This document shows, piece after piece, positions 18,121 to 26,317 of a DNA stretch of 64,000 nt. A program made the position numbers and the translations under genes. The DNA is from a virus. The DNA is taken from IMG/VR virus record IMGVR_UViG_2921643360_000001, positions 1 through 64,000 of that record. One strand, given 5' to 3'. Position 1 is the stretch's first letter, and each line of letters starts with the position of its first letter. The notes beneath the pieces are model-generated. The model saw nothing but the letters and a program-made list of their open reading frames with translations, made no database searches and had not been told where the DNA came from.

Positions 18121-19539
18121 ATGCAACGAAGAGCAAACGTAGAGTTGAGGACTGCTTACAACGCTTTCATTGAAAGCAAGCGCATGTCCGATCCGGCATC
18201 GGGGTTGACGGAAATCCCGGCGCTGAATCAAACGCTCAAGCCGCACCAGCACGACATTGTGACGTGGGCTCTCCGTCGCGGTCGGGCTGCCGTGTTCGCC
18301 GGAACTGGCCTGGGCAAGAGTTTCATGCAACTGGAATGGGCTCGCTGTGTCGCTGAGGCAACGGATATGCCCGTGCTAATCCTGGCGCCGCTCGCTGTGG
18401 CCGCGCAAACGAAGCGAGAAGGCGAAAAGTTCGGGATTGAGGTCAAGCACTGCCGAGAGCAATCGGAAGTTGGCGATGCATCGATCGTCGTCACGAACTA
18501 TGACCGGCTGCAGAAATTCGACCTTGAGCATTTCGCAGGCGTCGTGCTGGATGAGTCGAGCATCCTCAAGGCATCAGACGGCAAGACCCGCACGGCAATC
18601 ATCGAGGCATTCAAGGATTACCGATTCCGGCTCGCCTGCACCGCTACGCCGGCGCCGAACGATTACATGGAGCTCGGCAACCACGCGGAATTCCTTGGCG
18701 TGATGACGCAGGAAGAAATGCTGGCGATGTTCTTTATTCACGACGGTGGCGAGACGCAGAAATGGCGCCTCAAGGGCCATGCAGAAAGCGAGTTCTGGAA
18801 ATGGATGTGCTCGTGGGCCGTGATGCTGCGCAAACCGTCCGACCTTGGCTATCCGAACGACGGCTACGATCTGCCGCCGCTGGCTATCGAGCAAATCACG
18901 GTTGGTGTCGACCATGACCGCGCGCAAGACACGCTTTTCGTGATGCAAGCCGCGACGCTGCAGGACCGGATCAAAGAGCGGCGCGAGACCGTCGAGGAGC
19001 GCTGCCGTGCTGCCGTCGAAATCATCGCCCGTAAGCCCGATACGCCGTGGCTTGTGTGGTGCAACCTGAACAGCGAAGCGGAACTCATGACGAAGCTGAT
19101 CGCGGATGCCGTTGAGGTTCGCGGTTCCGACAAGGTCGAAGACAAGGAACGCAAGCTTCTCGGCTTCACGGACGGCCAGATTCGCGTCATGACGACCAAG
19201 CCAAGCGTAGCCGGATTTGGGATGAACTGGCAGCACTGCGCAGACATGGTTTTCGTCGGCCTCAACGACTCATACGAGCAACTGTTTCAGGCAATTCGCC
19301 GTTGCTGGCGCTTCGGGCAGACGAAGCCAGTGAATGTCTATCTCGTGGCTGCTGAGACCGAAGGCGCAGTCGTGGCGAATCTGCATCGCAAAGAGGCTGA
19401 CGCCGAGCGCATGGCTGAGCAGATGGTCGCTCACATGCAGGACATTACCGTCGCCACGATTCGCGGCACGTCCCGAACCAAGACCGAATACAACCCGTCC
19501 GTCGAAATGACGATCCCCCAATTTCTGGAGGCTGCATGA
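18121..19539 (+). CDS. SNF2-family helicase
   Basis: PHQHDIV, Walker A AGTGLGKS, DExx (VVLDESS) and C-terminal helicase motifs. Confidence 0.85.
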   Translation: MQRRANVELRTAYNAFIESKRMSDPASGLTEIPALNQTLKPHQHDIVTWALRRGRAAVFAGTGLGKSFMQLEWARCVAEATDMPVLILAPLAVAAQTKREGEKFGIEVKHCREQSEVGDASIVVTNYDRLQKFDLEHFAGVVLDESSILKASDGKTRTAIIEAFKDYRFRLACTATPAPNDYMELGNHAEFLGVMTQEEMLAMFFIHDGGETQKWRLKGHAESEFWKWMCSWAVMLRKPSDLGYPNDGYDLPPLAIEQITVGVDHDRAQDTLFVMQAATLQDRIKERRETVEERCRAAVEIIARKPDTPWLVWCNLNSEAELMTKLIADAVEVRGSDKVEDKERKLLGFTDGQIRVMTTKPSVAGFGMNWQHCADMVFVGLNDSYEQLFQAIRRCWRFGQTKPVNVYLVAAETEGAVVANLHRKEADAERMAEQMVAHMQDITVATIRGTSRTKTEYNPSVEMTIPQFLEAA

Positions 19540-20417
19540 AAGTTTTGAATGAAAAGATCGGCGCCGACTACGCCATGTATCACGCAGATTGCGTGGAAGG
19601 CGTATCGGGCCTGCCGGATGAATCCGTGGGGTTCTCGGTATTCAGCCCGCCATTCGCAAGCTTGTACACGTACAGCAACAGCGATCGCGACATGGGCAAT
19701 TCGAAAGACGATGGCGCGTTCGATGTTCACTTTCAGTTTCTGGTGAAGGAGCTGTATCGAGTTCTCAAGGCTGGCCGCCTGGTGTCGTTCCATTGCATGA
19801 ACCTGCCGACCAGCAAAGCGCATCACGGCTTCATCGGCATCCGGGACTTCCGCGGTGACCTGATCCGCATGTTCGAGAAGGAAGGTTTCATTTTCCATAG
19901 CGAGGTATGCATCTGGAAAGACCCGGTTACGGCGATGCAGCGCACGAAAGCACTTGGGTTGCTGCACAAGACGATCCGCAACGATTCGAGCATGAGCCGA
20001 CAGGGTATCCCCGATTACCTGGTGACGATGCGCAAGCCGGGCAAGAATCCTGAGCCGATCGCGCACACGCACGAAGAGTTCCCCGTCGAGCTGTGGCAGC
20101 AATACGCGTCTCCCGTGTGGATGGACGTAAATCCTAGCGACACGCTGACATTCCGCGAAGCTCGCGATGAAGAAGATGAGAGACATATCTGCGCTTTACA
20201 GCTCCCCGTCATCGAGCGCGCGCTGAAGCTTTGGAGCAATCCGGGCGACGTGGTGCTGTCCCCGTTCGGCGGGATTGGCTCAGAGGGATATGTCTCACTG
20301 CAAATGGGGCGCAAGTACATCGGCTTCGAGCTCAAGGAATCGTACTGGAAAGTTGCTTGCAAAAATCTTGAGTCGGCAAAGGCAAGCATGGGCGACATGT
20401 TCGCGGAGGTGGCGTAA
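19536..20417 (+). CDS. DNA methyltransferase (N6-adenine / N4-cytosine, beta class)
   Basis: Catalytic SPPF (DPPY-type) motif near the N-terminus and the AdoMet motif FGGIGSEG near the C-terminus. Start overlaps the SNF2 stop within a GGAGGCTGCATGA junction. Confidence 0.85.
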   Translation: MKVLNEKIGADYAMYHADCVEGVSGLPDESVGFSVFSPPFASLYTYSNSDRDMGNSKDDGAFDVHFQFLVKELYRVLKAGRLVSFHCMNLPTSKAHHGFIGIRDFRGDLIRMFEKEGFIFHSEVCIWKDPVTAMQRTKALGLLHKTIRNDSSMSRQGIPDYLVTMRKPGKNPEPIAHTHEEFPVELWQQYASPVWMDVNPSDTLTFREARDEEDERHICALQLPVIERALKLWSNPGDVVLSPFGGIGSEGYVSLQMGRKYIGFELKESYWKVACKNLESAKASMGDMFAEVA

Positions 20418-20912
20418 ATGCCCGGTAACAGCAAGAAACGCAAAAAGTACAGCCCGAGCCGCTCCGTTCATCGCATCGTCGCATGGGCCGAACGCAAGGT
20501 AGGCGAGCGCCCTATCCGTCAGGATGCCCAGCGCGACATCGGTATCGCCGCACACATCGCTTTCGAGCGCCTGCGTAATGGCGCCGACAAGGATTCGCTC
20601 TACATCATCGCGACCACTTTCGATGTCGCTTACGAGTTGGCCGTGAAGGGTTGCGGCGCCGAATACCTGGGCGAAATCAAAGCTGGCATGGCCGCTCTCG
20701 TCCGTGCCAAGAAAGACGCGAACCTGACCGGCAAGTGGATCGTTACTGGCGACGACACCGAAGCGGTGCGTACGGCGCTAGAGGTGCATGACGCGCAACT
20801 CGAAGTCGCCGCACGCGCTGTCGTCGTGAAGGCGCTTAACGACGTGATGAAACGTATTGAGACAGGTTCAAACGAAACTGAATTCGAAACGATGCTTTTG
20901 GAGGCTGCGTGA
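20418..20912 (+). CDS. hypothetical protein
   Basis: 164-aa ORF beginning 1 nt after the MTase stop. Confidence 0.45.
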   Translation: MPGNSKKRKKYSPSRSVHRIVAWAERKVGERPIRQDAQRDIGIAAHIAFERLRNGADKDSLYIIATTFDVAYELAVKGCGAEYLGEIKAGMAALVRAKKDANLTGKWIVTGDDTEAVRTALEVHDAQLEVAARAVVVKALNDVMKRIETGSNETEFETMLLEAA

Positions 20913-21361
20913 TGTCAAACCGAGAAAAACCATCCATGAAAACCGTGATCGAGTTCATCGGGAAATTCGGCCCGCTAGAGACGGATCAACTAAAGCTAAT
21001 GCTGCCAATGTCGGAAACCGCCATCTACAAGGCGTGCAAGAGCGGAGTCGACGAGGGATATCTCAGGGTAGACCGCGCCAAAAAGAAAGGCGTATGCGGA
21101 CGCCGGCATTGCATCTACACGCGCACGGACAAGCCTTATATCGCACCGCAGGTTTGCCACAAGACGATCATTAATCGCATCTACAGGGAGCGAATGCTGA
21201 CTATGGATAAAGTTCCAGATAACAGGGTTGTCCCATTCAGGCATTGGATGGATTCGGCGCTTTTCGGCTCTTACCCGACGCCTATTGAGCCGCAGATCAA
21301 GGAAGGTCGCATCTACAGACAGCCAATGAACGTTCGCGATGACGAGGAGCTTGCAGCATGA
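20909..21361 (+). CDS. hypothetical protein (possible winged-helix DNA-binding)
   Basis: 150 aa. GTG 20909 or ATG 20912 start, overlapping the upstream stop. Confidence 0.45.
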   Translation: MMSNREKPSMKTVIEFIGKFGPLETDQLKLMLPMSETAIYKACKSGVDEGYLRVDRAKKKGVCGRRHCIYTRTDKPYIAPQVCHKTIINRIYRERMLTMDKVPDNRVVPFRHWMDSALFGSYPTPIEPQIKEGRIYRQPMNVRDDEELAA

Positions 21362-21582
21362 ACATCCGCGATATAGCAGGCATATCCAGCCAGCAGGAAC
21401 TGTACGAACTGGCGTCGAACTTCAATGTTCACGTCGGCAGCATGGACAAGCTGATCCGATTCGCCGGCGAACTCCAAAAGCGCGCCCTAGCCGACCACGC
21501 AAAGCGCGAGCTGGCGATGGATCGACTTGTTGAGGATGCGGAAGAGCTCGGACTTTATAACGAACCGGAGAAAGCAGCGTGA
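21358..21582 (+). CDS. hypothetical small protein
   Basis: 74 aa, coupled. Confidence 0.4.
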   Translation: MNIRDIAGISSQQELYELASNFNVHVGSMDKLIRFAGELQKRALADHAKRELAMDRLVEDAEELGLYNEPEKAA

Positions 21583-22199
21583 AGAAACTGATTCTCAAGA
21601 AACTGTTGCGGGTGCATTCCAACGCCTGCTCTACGCCCTACTACCACCTGTCCGGCTACATGCTACGCGACTGGATTCTCGGTTACCGCAGCCCGGATCG
21701 AAACGCCGATAACCCAGCATGGAAAGCGGGCTTTAGCCCGAAGTCGTCGGCGCTCTATCGCTGGATCTGCCGCAACGTCGCTATCCGCGCTCACACGATC
21801 CTGCGCAGCGACAACGACCGTCACTTGCACGACCATCCGTCGTGGTCGCTGTCGATCGTGCTGTCGGGCGGGTATTGGGAAGTGTGCGAGCCGACCGAAT
21901 GGGCGAAGCAATTCGGAGCAACGTACCGCCGAATCGTCGACGGACTCGACCGGGGAATGATCGACAACGAAGACAGTTACGAACTCGACTACGTTGCACG
22001 GTTCGGAATCTTCTGGCGCGGACCCGGCGCGATCGTCCTGCGTCGCGCTACTGACTTCCATCGCCTGATCCTGCCACGTGGCACGGTCGCCAAGTCAATA
22101 TTCGTCATGGGCAAGAAAACCAACAGTTGGGGCTTCCTGACGCCTAACGGCAAGGTCTACTGGCGCACGTATCTCGGTCTCGACAAGGAACAAGCATGA
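21579..22199 (+). CDS. hypothetical protein
   Basis: 206 aa. Contains a His-rich segment (HLHDHPSWSLSIVLSGGYWEV); the fold is not recognised. Confidence 0.45.
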   Translation: MKKLILKKLLRVHSNACSTPYYHLSGYMLRDWILGYRSPDRNADNPAWKAGFSPKSSALYRWICRNVAIRAHTILRSDNDRHLHDHPSWSLSIVLSGGYWEVCEPTEWAKQFGATYRRIVDGLDRGMIDNEDSYELDYVARFGIFWRGPGAIVLRRATDFHRLILPRGTVAKSIFVMGKKTNSWGFLTPNGKVYWRTYLGLDKEQA

Positions 22200-23266
22200 C
22201 TCTCGAACACTCGCAGACAGGCGGAATCGGAGACGTCAATTCCAGCGAGCGCGGCTCCGGAGCGAGATACAACACGGGCAAGGTTGCTATCGAGTTGATC
22301 CCTCTGCGTCTGATCGCGGAACAACTTGAACACGCCACGTCGGAAGACGATCCGCAAAACACGCTTATCGGCGCCCTGTGGAATCTCGCGTTGTTTCAGG
22401 AAGGCGGCGAGGCGCATTACCTGCGCGCGGCAATCGAAAACGTCGGATCGGCATGGGACGAATGCGCGGCGGTATTCGACTACGGGCGGAAGAAATATAG
22501 CAAGCGAGGTGATTGCACATGCAGTGCGGGCGATGCGGTACGACTGAACCTGAGCGGTTCTATCTATACACCTACAAAGGCGCAAACATCCGAAAGTTGC
22601 TCAAGGGATTTTGCAAGCCTTGCTACGACAAAGACCTCAAAGAGCGGAATCCAGGGTATCGGAAGCGACAAACCGAAAACCATCGAAAGTGGCTCGCAAA
22701 CCCTGAGAACAGAGAGCGAGCGCGCGCATCTGAACGGAAGCGATCTGCAAAGCGAAAGCTGGACCCAAATTACAAGGAGCAATCCAAGCTCTACCGAATC
22801 AAGCAGGAATACGGACTCACGCCTGAGCAGTACGACACCCTCATCGCGGCAGGATGCGCAATCTGCGGAAGCTTCGATCGATTGCATGTCGACCATTGCC
22901 ACGACAAAGGACACGTCAGAGCAGCGTTATGCCATTCCTGCAACATTGGCCTTGGATTTGTCGAAAGGCCTAACGGCTGGCTTGAGCGCGCACTCGAATA
23001 CCTGCGGCGTACATCAGACGCCGGGGCACACGGGTAACTGGAACTGGGCCAAGGGAATGGCGTGGAGCGTTCCCCTCGCCTGCGCTGCCCGCCATCTGAT
23101 CTTCGGCATGATGGCCGGTGAAGAACTCGACCCTGAATCGGGCCTGCCCCATCGCGGTCACTTCCTCTGCAATCTCGTGATGCTGCTGACGTTCATGCGG
23201 ACCTATCCGGAGGGAGATGATCGTCCGTCGCAATGGTTGGCTACGCCGACACAGGAAGCCGCATGA
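22196..23266 (+). CDS. MazG-like dATP/dGTP pyrophosphohydrolase-family protein interrupted by a 540-bp insertion (reading frame stays open)
   Basis: N-terminal 100 aa and C-terminal 75 aa look like protein. The central 180 aa are S/T-rich low complexity and correspond to an alternative frame of the nested HNH gene. Confidence 0.45.
   Translation: MTLEHSQTGGIGDVNSSERGSGARYNTGKVAIELIPLRLIAEQLEHATSEDDPQNTLIGALWNLALFQEGGEAHYLRAAIENVGSAWDECAAVFDYGRKKYSKRGDCTCSAGDAVRLNLSGSIYTPTKAQTSESCSRDFASLATTKTSKSGIQGIGSDKPKTIESGSQTLRTESERAHLNGSDLQSESWTQITRSNPSSTESSRNTDSRLSSTTPSSRQDAQSAEASIDCMSTIATTKDTSEQRYAIPATLALDLSKGLTAGLSAHSNTCGVHQTPGHTGNWNWAKGMAWSVPLACAARHLIFGMMAGEELDPESGLPHRGHFLCNLVMLLTFMRTYPEGDDRPSQWLATPTQEAA
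22519..23037 (+). CDS. endonuclease VII-family HNH nuclease
   Basis: LHVDHCHDKGHVRAALCHSCNIGLG is the EndoVII/HNH signature. GAGGTG RBS 8 nt upstream of ATG 22519. Lies wholly inside 22196..23266 in a different frame. Confidence 0.75.
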   Translation: MQCGRCGTTEPERFYLYTYKGANIRKLLKGFCKPCYDKDLKERNPGYRKRQTENHRKWLANPENRERARASERKRSAKRKLDPNYKEQSKLYRIKQEYGLTPEQYDTLIAAGCAICGSFDRLHVDHCHDKGHVRAALCHSCNIGLGFVERPNGWLERALEYLRRTSDAGAHG

Positions 23267-23406
23267 AACATTCCCTCATTCTTTTCCTGCTCCTTCTGCC
23301 GATCAGCCTTTCTCTCGCCACACGCCGCATCGGTGTGCGCAACTGGCAATACTGGGCGGTCGTTTTCACTGCGGCGATCATGTTTGAGGCGGGGAGATAC
23401 GTATGA
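23263..23406 (+). CDS. 47-aa small membrane protein
   Basis: MKHSLILFLLLLPISLSLA...; ATGA overlap. Confidence 0.3.
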   Translation: MKHSLILFLLLLPISLSLATRRIGVRNWQYWAVVFTAAIMFEAGRYV

Positions 23407-23747
23407 CCGACGAAGGCGAGATCAATATTTTTCGGGCGCTAGACTTCATCCGAGATCAAGCGCCCGCCTACGCCCAAGCCAAGGCCCAACGAGTCTACCT
23501 GGAGAATTTCAGGAAGAGCAAGAAGGCGCTGCTGATGCGCGCCGCGGAACTCAAGGGCCACAAGACGGCGGCCATCCAAGAGCGCGAGGCGTACGCAGAC
23601 GACGGCTATATCGAGATCCTTGCGGCACTCCAAGCGGCAACCGAGGAAGAAGAACGGCTGCGCTGGATGATCGTCGCGGCAGAGGCAAAGATTGAATGCT
23701 GGAGAACGATCGAGGCGAACCGGCGTGCGGAGGCGAGGACTCTATGA
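23403..23747 (+). CDS. hypothetical protein
   Basis: 114 aa. Confidence 0.45.
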   Translation: MTDEGEINIFRALDFIRDQAPAYAQAKAQRVYLENFRKSKKALLMRAAELKGHKTAAIQEREAYADDGYIEILAALQAATEEEERLRWMIVAAEAKIECWRTIEANRRAEARTL

Positions 23748-23881
23748 GCACCGCCACCTACTACTCAATCCTCGCCACGATCTGCCTCACGCGAGTGGTG
23801 CCTAGGTGGGCTTGCATCGCCAGCGGGATCGTCTATCTCGGGCTTGCGGTTGCTCTTGACATGGGGTGGTTTGCACGATGA
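23744..23881 (+). CDS. 45-aa small membrane protein
   Basis: MSTATYYSILATICLTRVV...; ATGA overlaps on both sides. Confidence 0.3.
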   Translation: MSTATYYSILATICLTRVVPRWACIASGIVYLGLAVALDMGWFAR

Positions 23882-24489
23882 ACCGTCTCCCCAGAAAAAA
23901 GAAGTGCGCAGCTTGCAAGACGGTTTTCGAACCAGCGCGCTCACTCCAGAAAGTGTGTAGCCCCAAGTGTGCCGCCGATTTTGCAGCGAAACAGAAAGCG
24001 CAGAAGTTGGCGAGGGCGAATCGGGAGGAGAGGAAGTCCCTCGCAGAGCGTAAAGCCAAGCTCAAGACTCGCCGCGAGTGGATTGCCGAGGCTCAGGCGG
24101 CATTTAACGCATACGTGCGTGAGCGAGATTACGGGAAGCCATGCATAAGTTGCGGCATCCCGCCGAGGGAAGCTTTCGGCGGCGCTGTTGATTGCGGTCA
24201 TTATCGAAGTGTTGGCAGCGCTTCTCAGCATCGCTTCAATTTAAAAAATTGCGCTGCACAATGTGTCAAATGCAATAGATATTTAGGATCTAATGCCGTC
24301 GAAATGAGGAAAGGACTTATAATTAAGATTGGTCTAGAAGAATTGGAAAATCTAGAGTCAGACCAGACCATCAAGAAGTTCAACATCGAATACCTCGCTC
24401 GCATCAAGCGAGTCTTCCTCAAGAAAGCGCGGCGAGCTAAGGCCCGGAGAAATCATGAGCATAACGAAATGGAATATGCAGCCGGGTGA
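23878..24489 (+). CDS. ninG: NinG / Rap-like protein
   Basis: Cys motifs of the lambda NinG family: CAACKT...CSPKC...CISCG...DCGHYRSVG...RFNLKNCAAQCVKCN. Confidence 0.8.
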   Translation: MNRLPRKKKCAACKTVFEPARSLQKVCSPKCAADFAAKQKAQKLARANREERKSLAERKAKLKTRREWIAEAQAAFNAYVRERDYGKPCISCGIPPREAFGGAVDCGHYRSVGSASQHRFNLKNCAAQCVKCNRYLGSNAVEMRKGLIIKIGLEELENLESDQTIKKFNIEYLARIKRVFLKKARRAKARRNHEHNEMEYAAG

Positions 24490-25264
24490 CCGGTTTTGTC
24501 GGCTGACCTTCAAGAGTGAAGGCGACGGTCGTAAAAATCGGGCGAGATATGGAATCTTCATCTGCGATTGTGGTACCGAGAAAGATGTGGCGTTCTCGCA
24601 CGTTGTTTCGGGAAAAATAAAAAGTTGTGGATGCCTCAAAGCGGAAGATGCCGGTAACAGGCTTCGCACTCATGGGATGCATGGTTCGCCAGAATATACG
24701 GTGTGGCAAGACATGTGGCAGCGCTGCACCAATCCAAAGACGGACAGATATCCGAATTACGGCGGACGGGGCATATCCGTCTGCGAGCGGTGGAAGTCGT
24801 TCGAGAACTTCTTTGCAGACATGGGTCAGCGCCCAGAAGGAACGTCGATAGAGCGAAAGGAGACGAACGGCAACTACGAGCCAAGTAACTGTCGTTGGGC
24901 CACGCCCAAGGAGCAAGGAAGGAATAGAACCAACAACCGTTTTATCGAATACAACGGGGAGAGGAAATGTGTTTCTGAATGGAGCGAGCAATTCGGCATA
25001 CCTCATTCAACGATTAACAATCGACTTCGGCTAGGGTTATCGTTAGATCAGGTTTTTGATGCAAGTGCAGATGGGTTTAAAAAGAAGTCAATCGTTGTCG
25101 ATGGTGTATCGAAGTGCACCAACGAATGGATGCGTGATGCTGGCATACCGATTTCGTCCTTCTATCACTTCCGGCGAAAGGGGCTGACTGAAGAAGAGAT
25201 CGTCAGGAAGTATCTGGCGCGCAAGCAACCCTACTCTCAAACGAATAACGAGGAAGCAGCCTAA
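24455..25264 (+). CDS. HNH-like (HNH_3-type, N-C-R-W-A-T element) homing-endonuclease-like protein, paralogue 1
   Basis: N-terminal CxCG...SCGC zinc ribbon; then HG..SPEYTVWQDMWQRC...YGGRGISVCERW...ADMGQRPEG.SIERKETNGNYEPSNCRWATPKEQGRNR. Clear paralogue of 51329..51952 and 58804..59472. Confidence 0.55.
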   Translation: MSITKWNMQPGDRFCRLTFKSEGDGRKNRARYGIFICDCGTEKDVAFSHVVSGKIKSCGCLKAEDAGNRLRTHGMHGSPEYTVWQDMWQRCTNPKTDRYPNYGGRGISVCERWKSFENFFADMGQRPEGTSIERKETNGNYEPSNCRWATPKEQGRNRTNNRFIEYNGERKCVSEWSEQFGIPHSTINNRLRLGLSLDQVFDASADGFKKKSIVVDGVSKCTNEWMRDAGIPISSFYHFRRKGLTEEEIVRKYLARKQPYSQTNNEEAA

Positions 25265-25459
25265 ATGCTATTCGCACTCGCTGGAATCATTCTCTGTGGC
25301 CTGAAGATCGCGGGCGTGACGATCGTTGCAACGTGGCCGTGGTGGCTGGTCACGCTGCCCTTCTGGATCGGCATTGCCATGTTCTTCGCAATGCTGCTGA
25401 TTGGTGGCGGCTTGTTCGCGCTCGCCGCGGCGTTTATTGCGTGGGTGGATCGCAAATGA
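25265..25459 (+). CDS. small integral membrane protein (2 TM)
   Basis: 64-aa ORF, almost entirely hydrophobic. Confidence 0.4.
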   Translation: MLFALAGIILCGLKIAGVTIVATWPWWLVTLPFWIGIAMFFAMLLIGGGLFALAAAFIAWVDRK

Positions 25460-25848
25460 CTATCAACCTAGACGAAATCGAGAGGCTGGCGAAGGCGGCT
25501 GGCGGTGACAAGTGGACGGCATCTGACGGCGTTGTCTGGTTTGATGATGGCGACTCGGCGTTGCAAGTCATGAATCCGGTTCCTGCGTTCATTGCACACG
25601 ATAACCTCGGAACGTGGCCAGATGCGATAGACCGAGAAGATGTGGCGCTGTTCGCTGCTGCGGTCAACCCAGCCGCCATCCTCGCCCTGATCGCAGAGGT
25701 GCGGGCGCTTCGGGAGGATGCGTATAGGTATCGGTGGCTGCGAGAACAGAATTCCGACTACAAAAGCGCATGGTGTGTCGAGAATATCTACAACTGGGTC
25801 GGTGAAGATCTGGACGCCGAAATCGATAAAGCGCGAGGTGCCGCATGA
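25456..25848 (+). CDS. hypothetical protein
   Basis: Start at ATG 25456, overlapping the upstream stop. Confidence 0.45.
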   Translation: MTINLDEIERLAKAAGGDKWTASDGVVWFDDGDSALQVMNPVPAFIAHDNLGTWPDAIDREDVALFAAAVNPAAILALIAEVRALREDAYRYRWLREQNSDYKSAWCVENIYNWVGEDLDAEIDKARGAA

Positions 25849-26060
25849 CCTTCATTGCTTTCGGCGTCGGCATGATATTCGCCTATGGGTCTGTTCTGGA
25901 GGTCCTACTTATTATGCCGGGGCGTAAGCCGCCCGCTCCGCCGCCTACCAAGTTTCGACGCAAGTATCGAGACCTTCCCGTTGCCGACATTCCGCCGCCG
26001 TGGGAGAGAGTCGAAGGCATCGATTACAAATGGATAAACATTGCGGGAGAGCAGGAATGA
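25845..26060 (+). CDS. hypothetical small membrane protein
   Basis: 71 aa with an N-terminal TM helix. Confidence 0.35.
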   Translation: MTFIAFGVGMIFAYGSVLEVLLIMPGRKPPAPPPTKFRRKYRDLPVADIPPPWERVEGIDYKWINIAGEQE

Positions 26061-26317
26061 ACAAGCCTTCAGAACACTTTCTGCGAATGATGGTCGCGGC
26101 GTTTTACGAACTGCCGGGAAATTGCGTAGGCGGTTGTCTGCGCATCGTCCTCGATGATGACAACCTCGAAGACCATCACGTCCGCTGGTGTCGGGAGGAG
26201 GCGCAAAAGCGAAACGACCAGGATGCGATGTTTATGTGTGACGTGCTGATGCTCTACACCGAGGACGAGCGATTCGAGATTCTGGAGACTCGCGGGCTTC
26301 CACCGTACGAAGAGTAA
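26057..26317 (+). CDS. hypothetical protein
   Basis: Start at the internal ATG (MNKPSEHF...). Confidence 0.4.
   Translation: MNKPSEHFLRMMVAAFYELPGNCVGGCLRIVLDDDNLEDHHVRWCREEAQKRNDQDAMFMCDVLMLYTEDERFEILETRGLPPYEE

Noticed and set aside
22497-23038. Group I intron or intein interpretation of the insertion in the MazG-like gene
   Set aside because: The HNH ORF fills all but about 25 nt of the insert, leaving no room for a P1-P9 core. The nuclease is out of frame with the host gene, which excludes an intein. Kept as an unresolved frame-preserving insertion instead.
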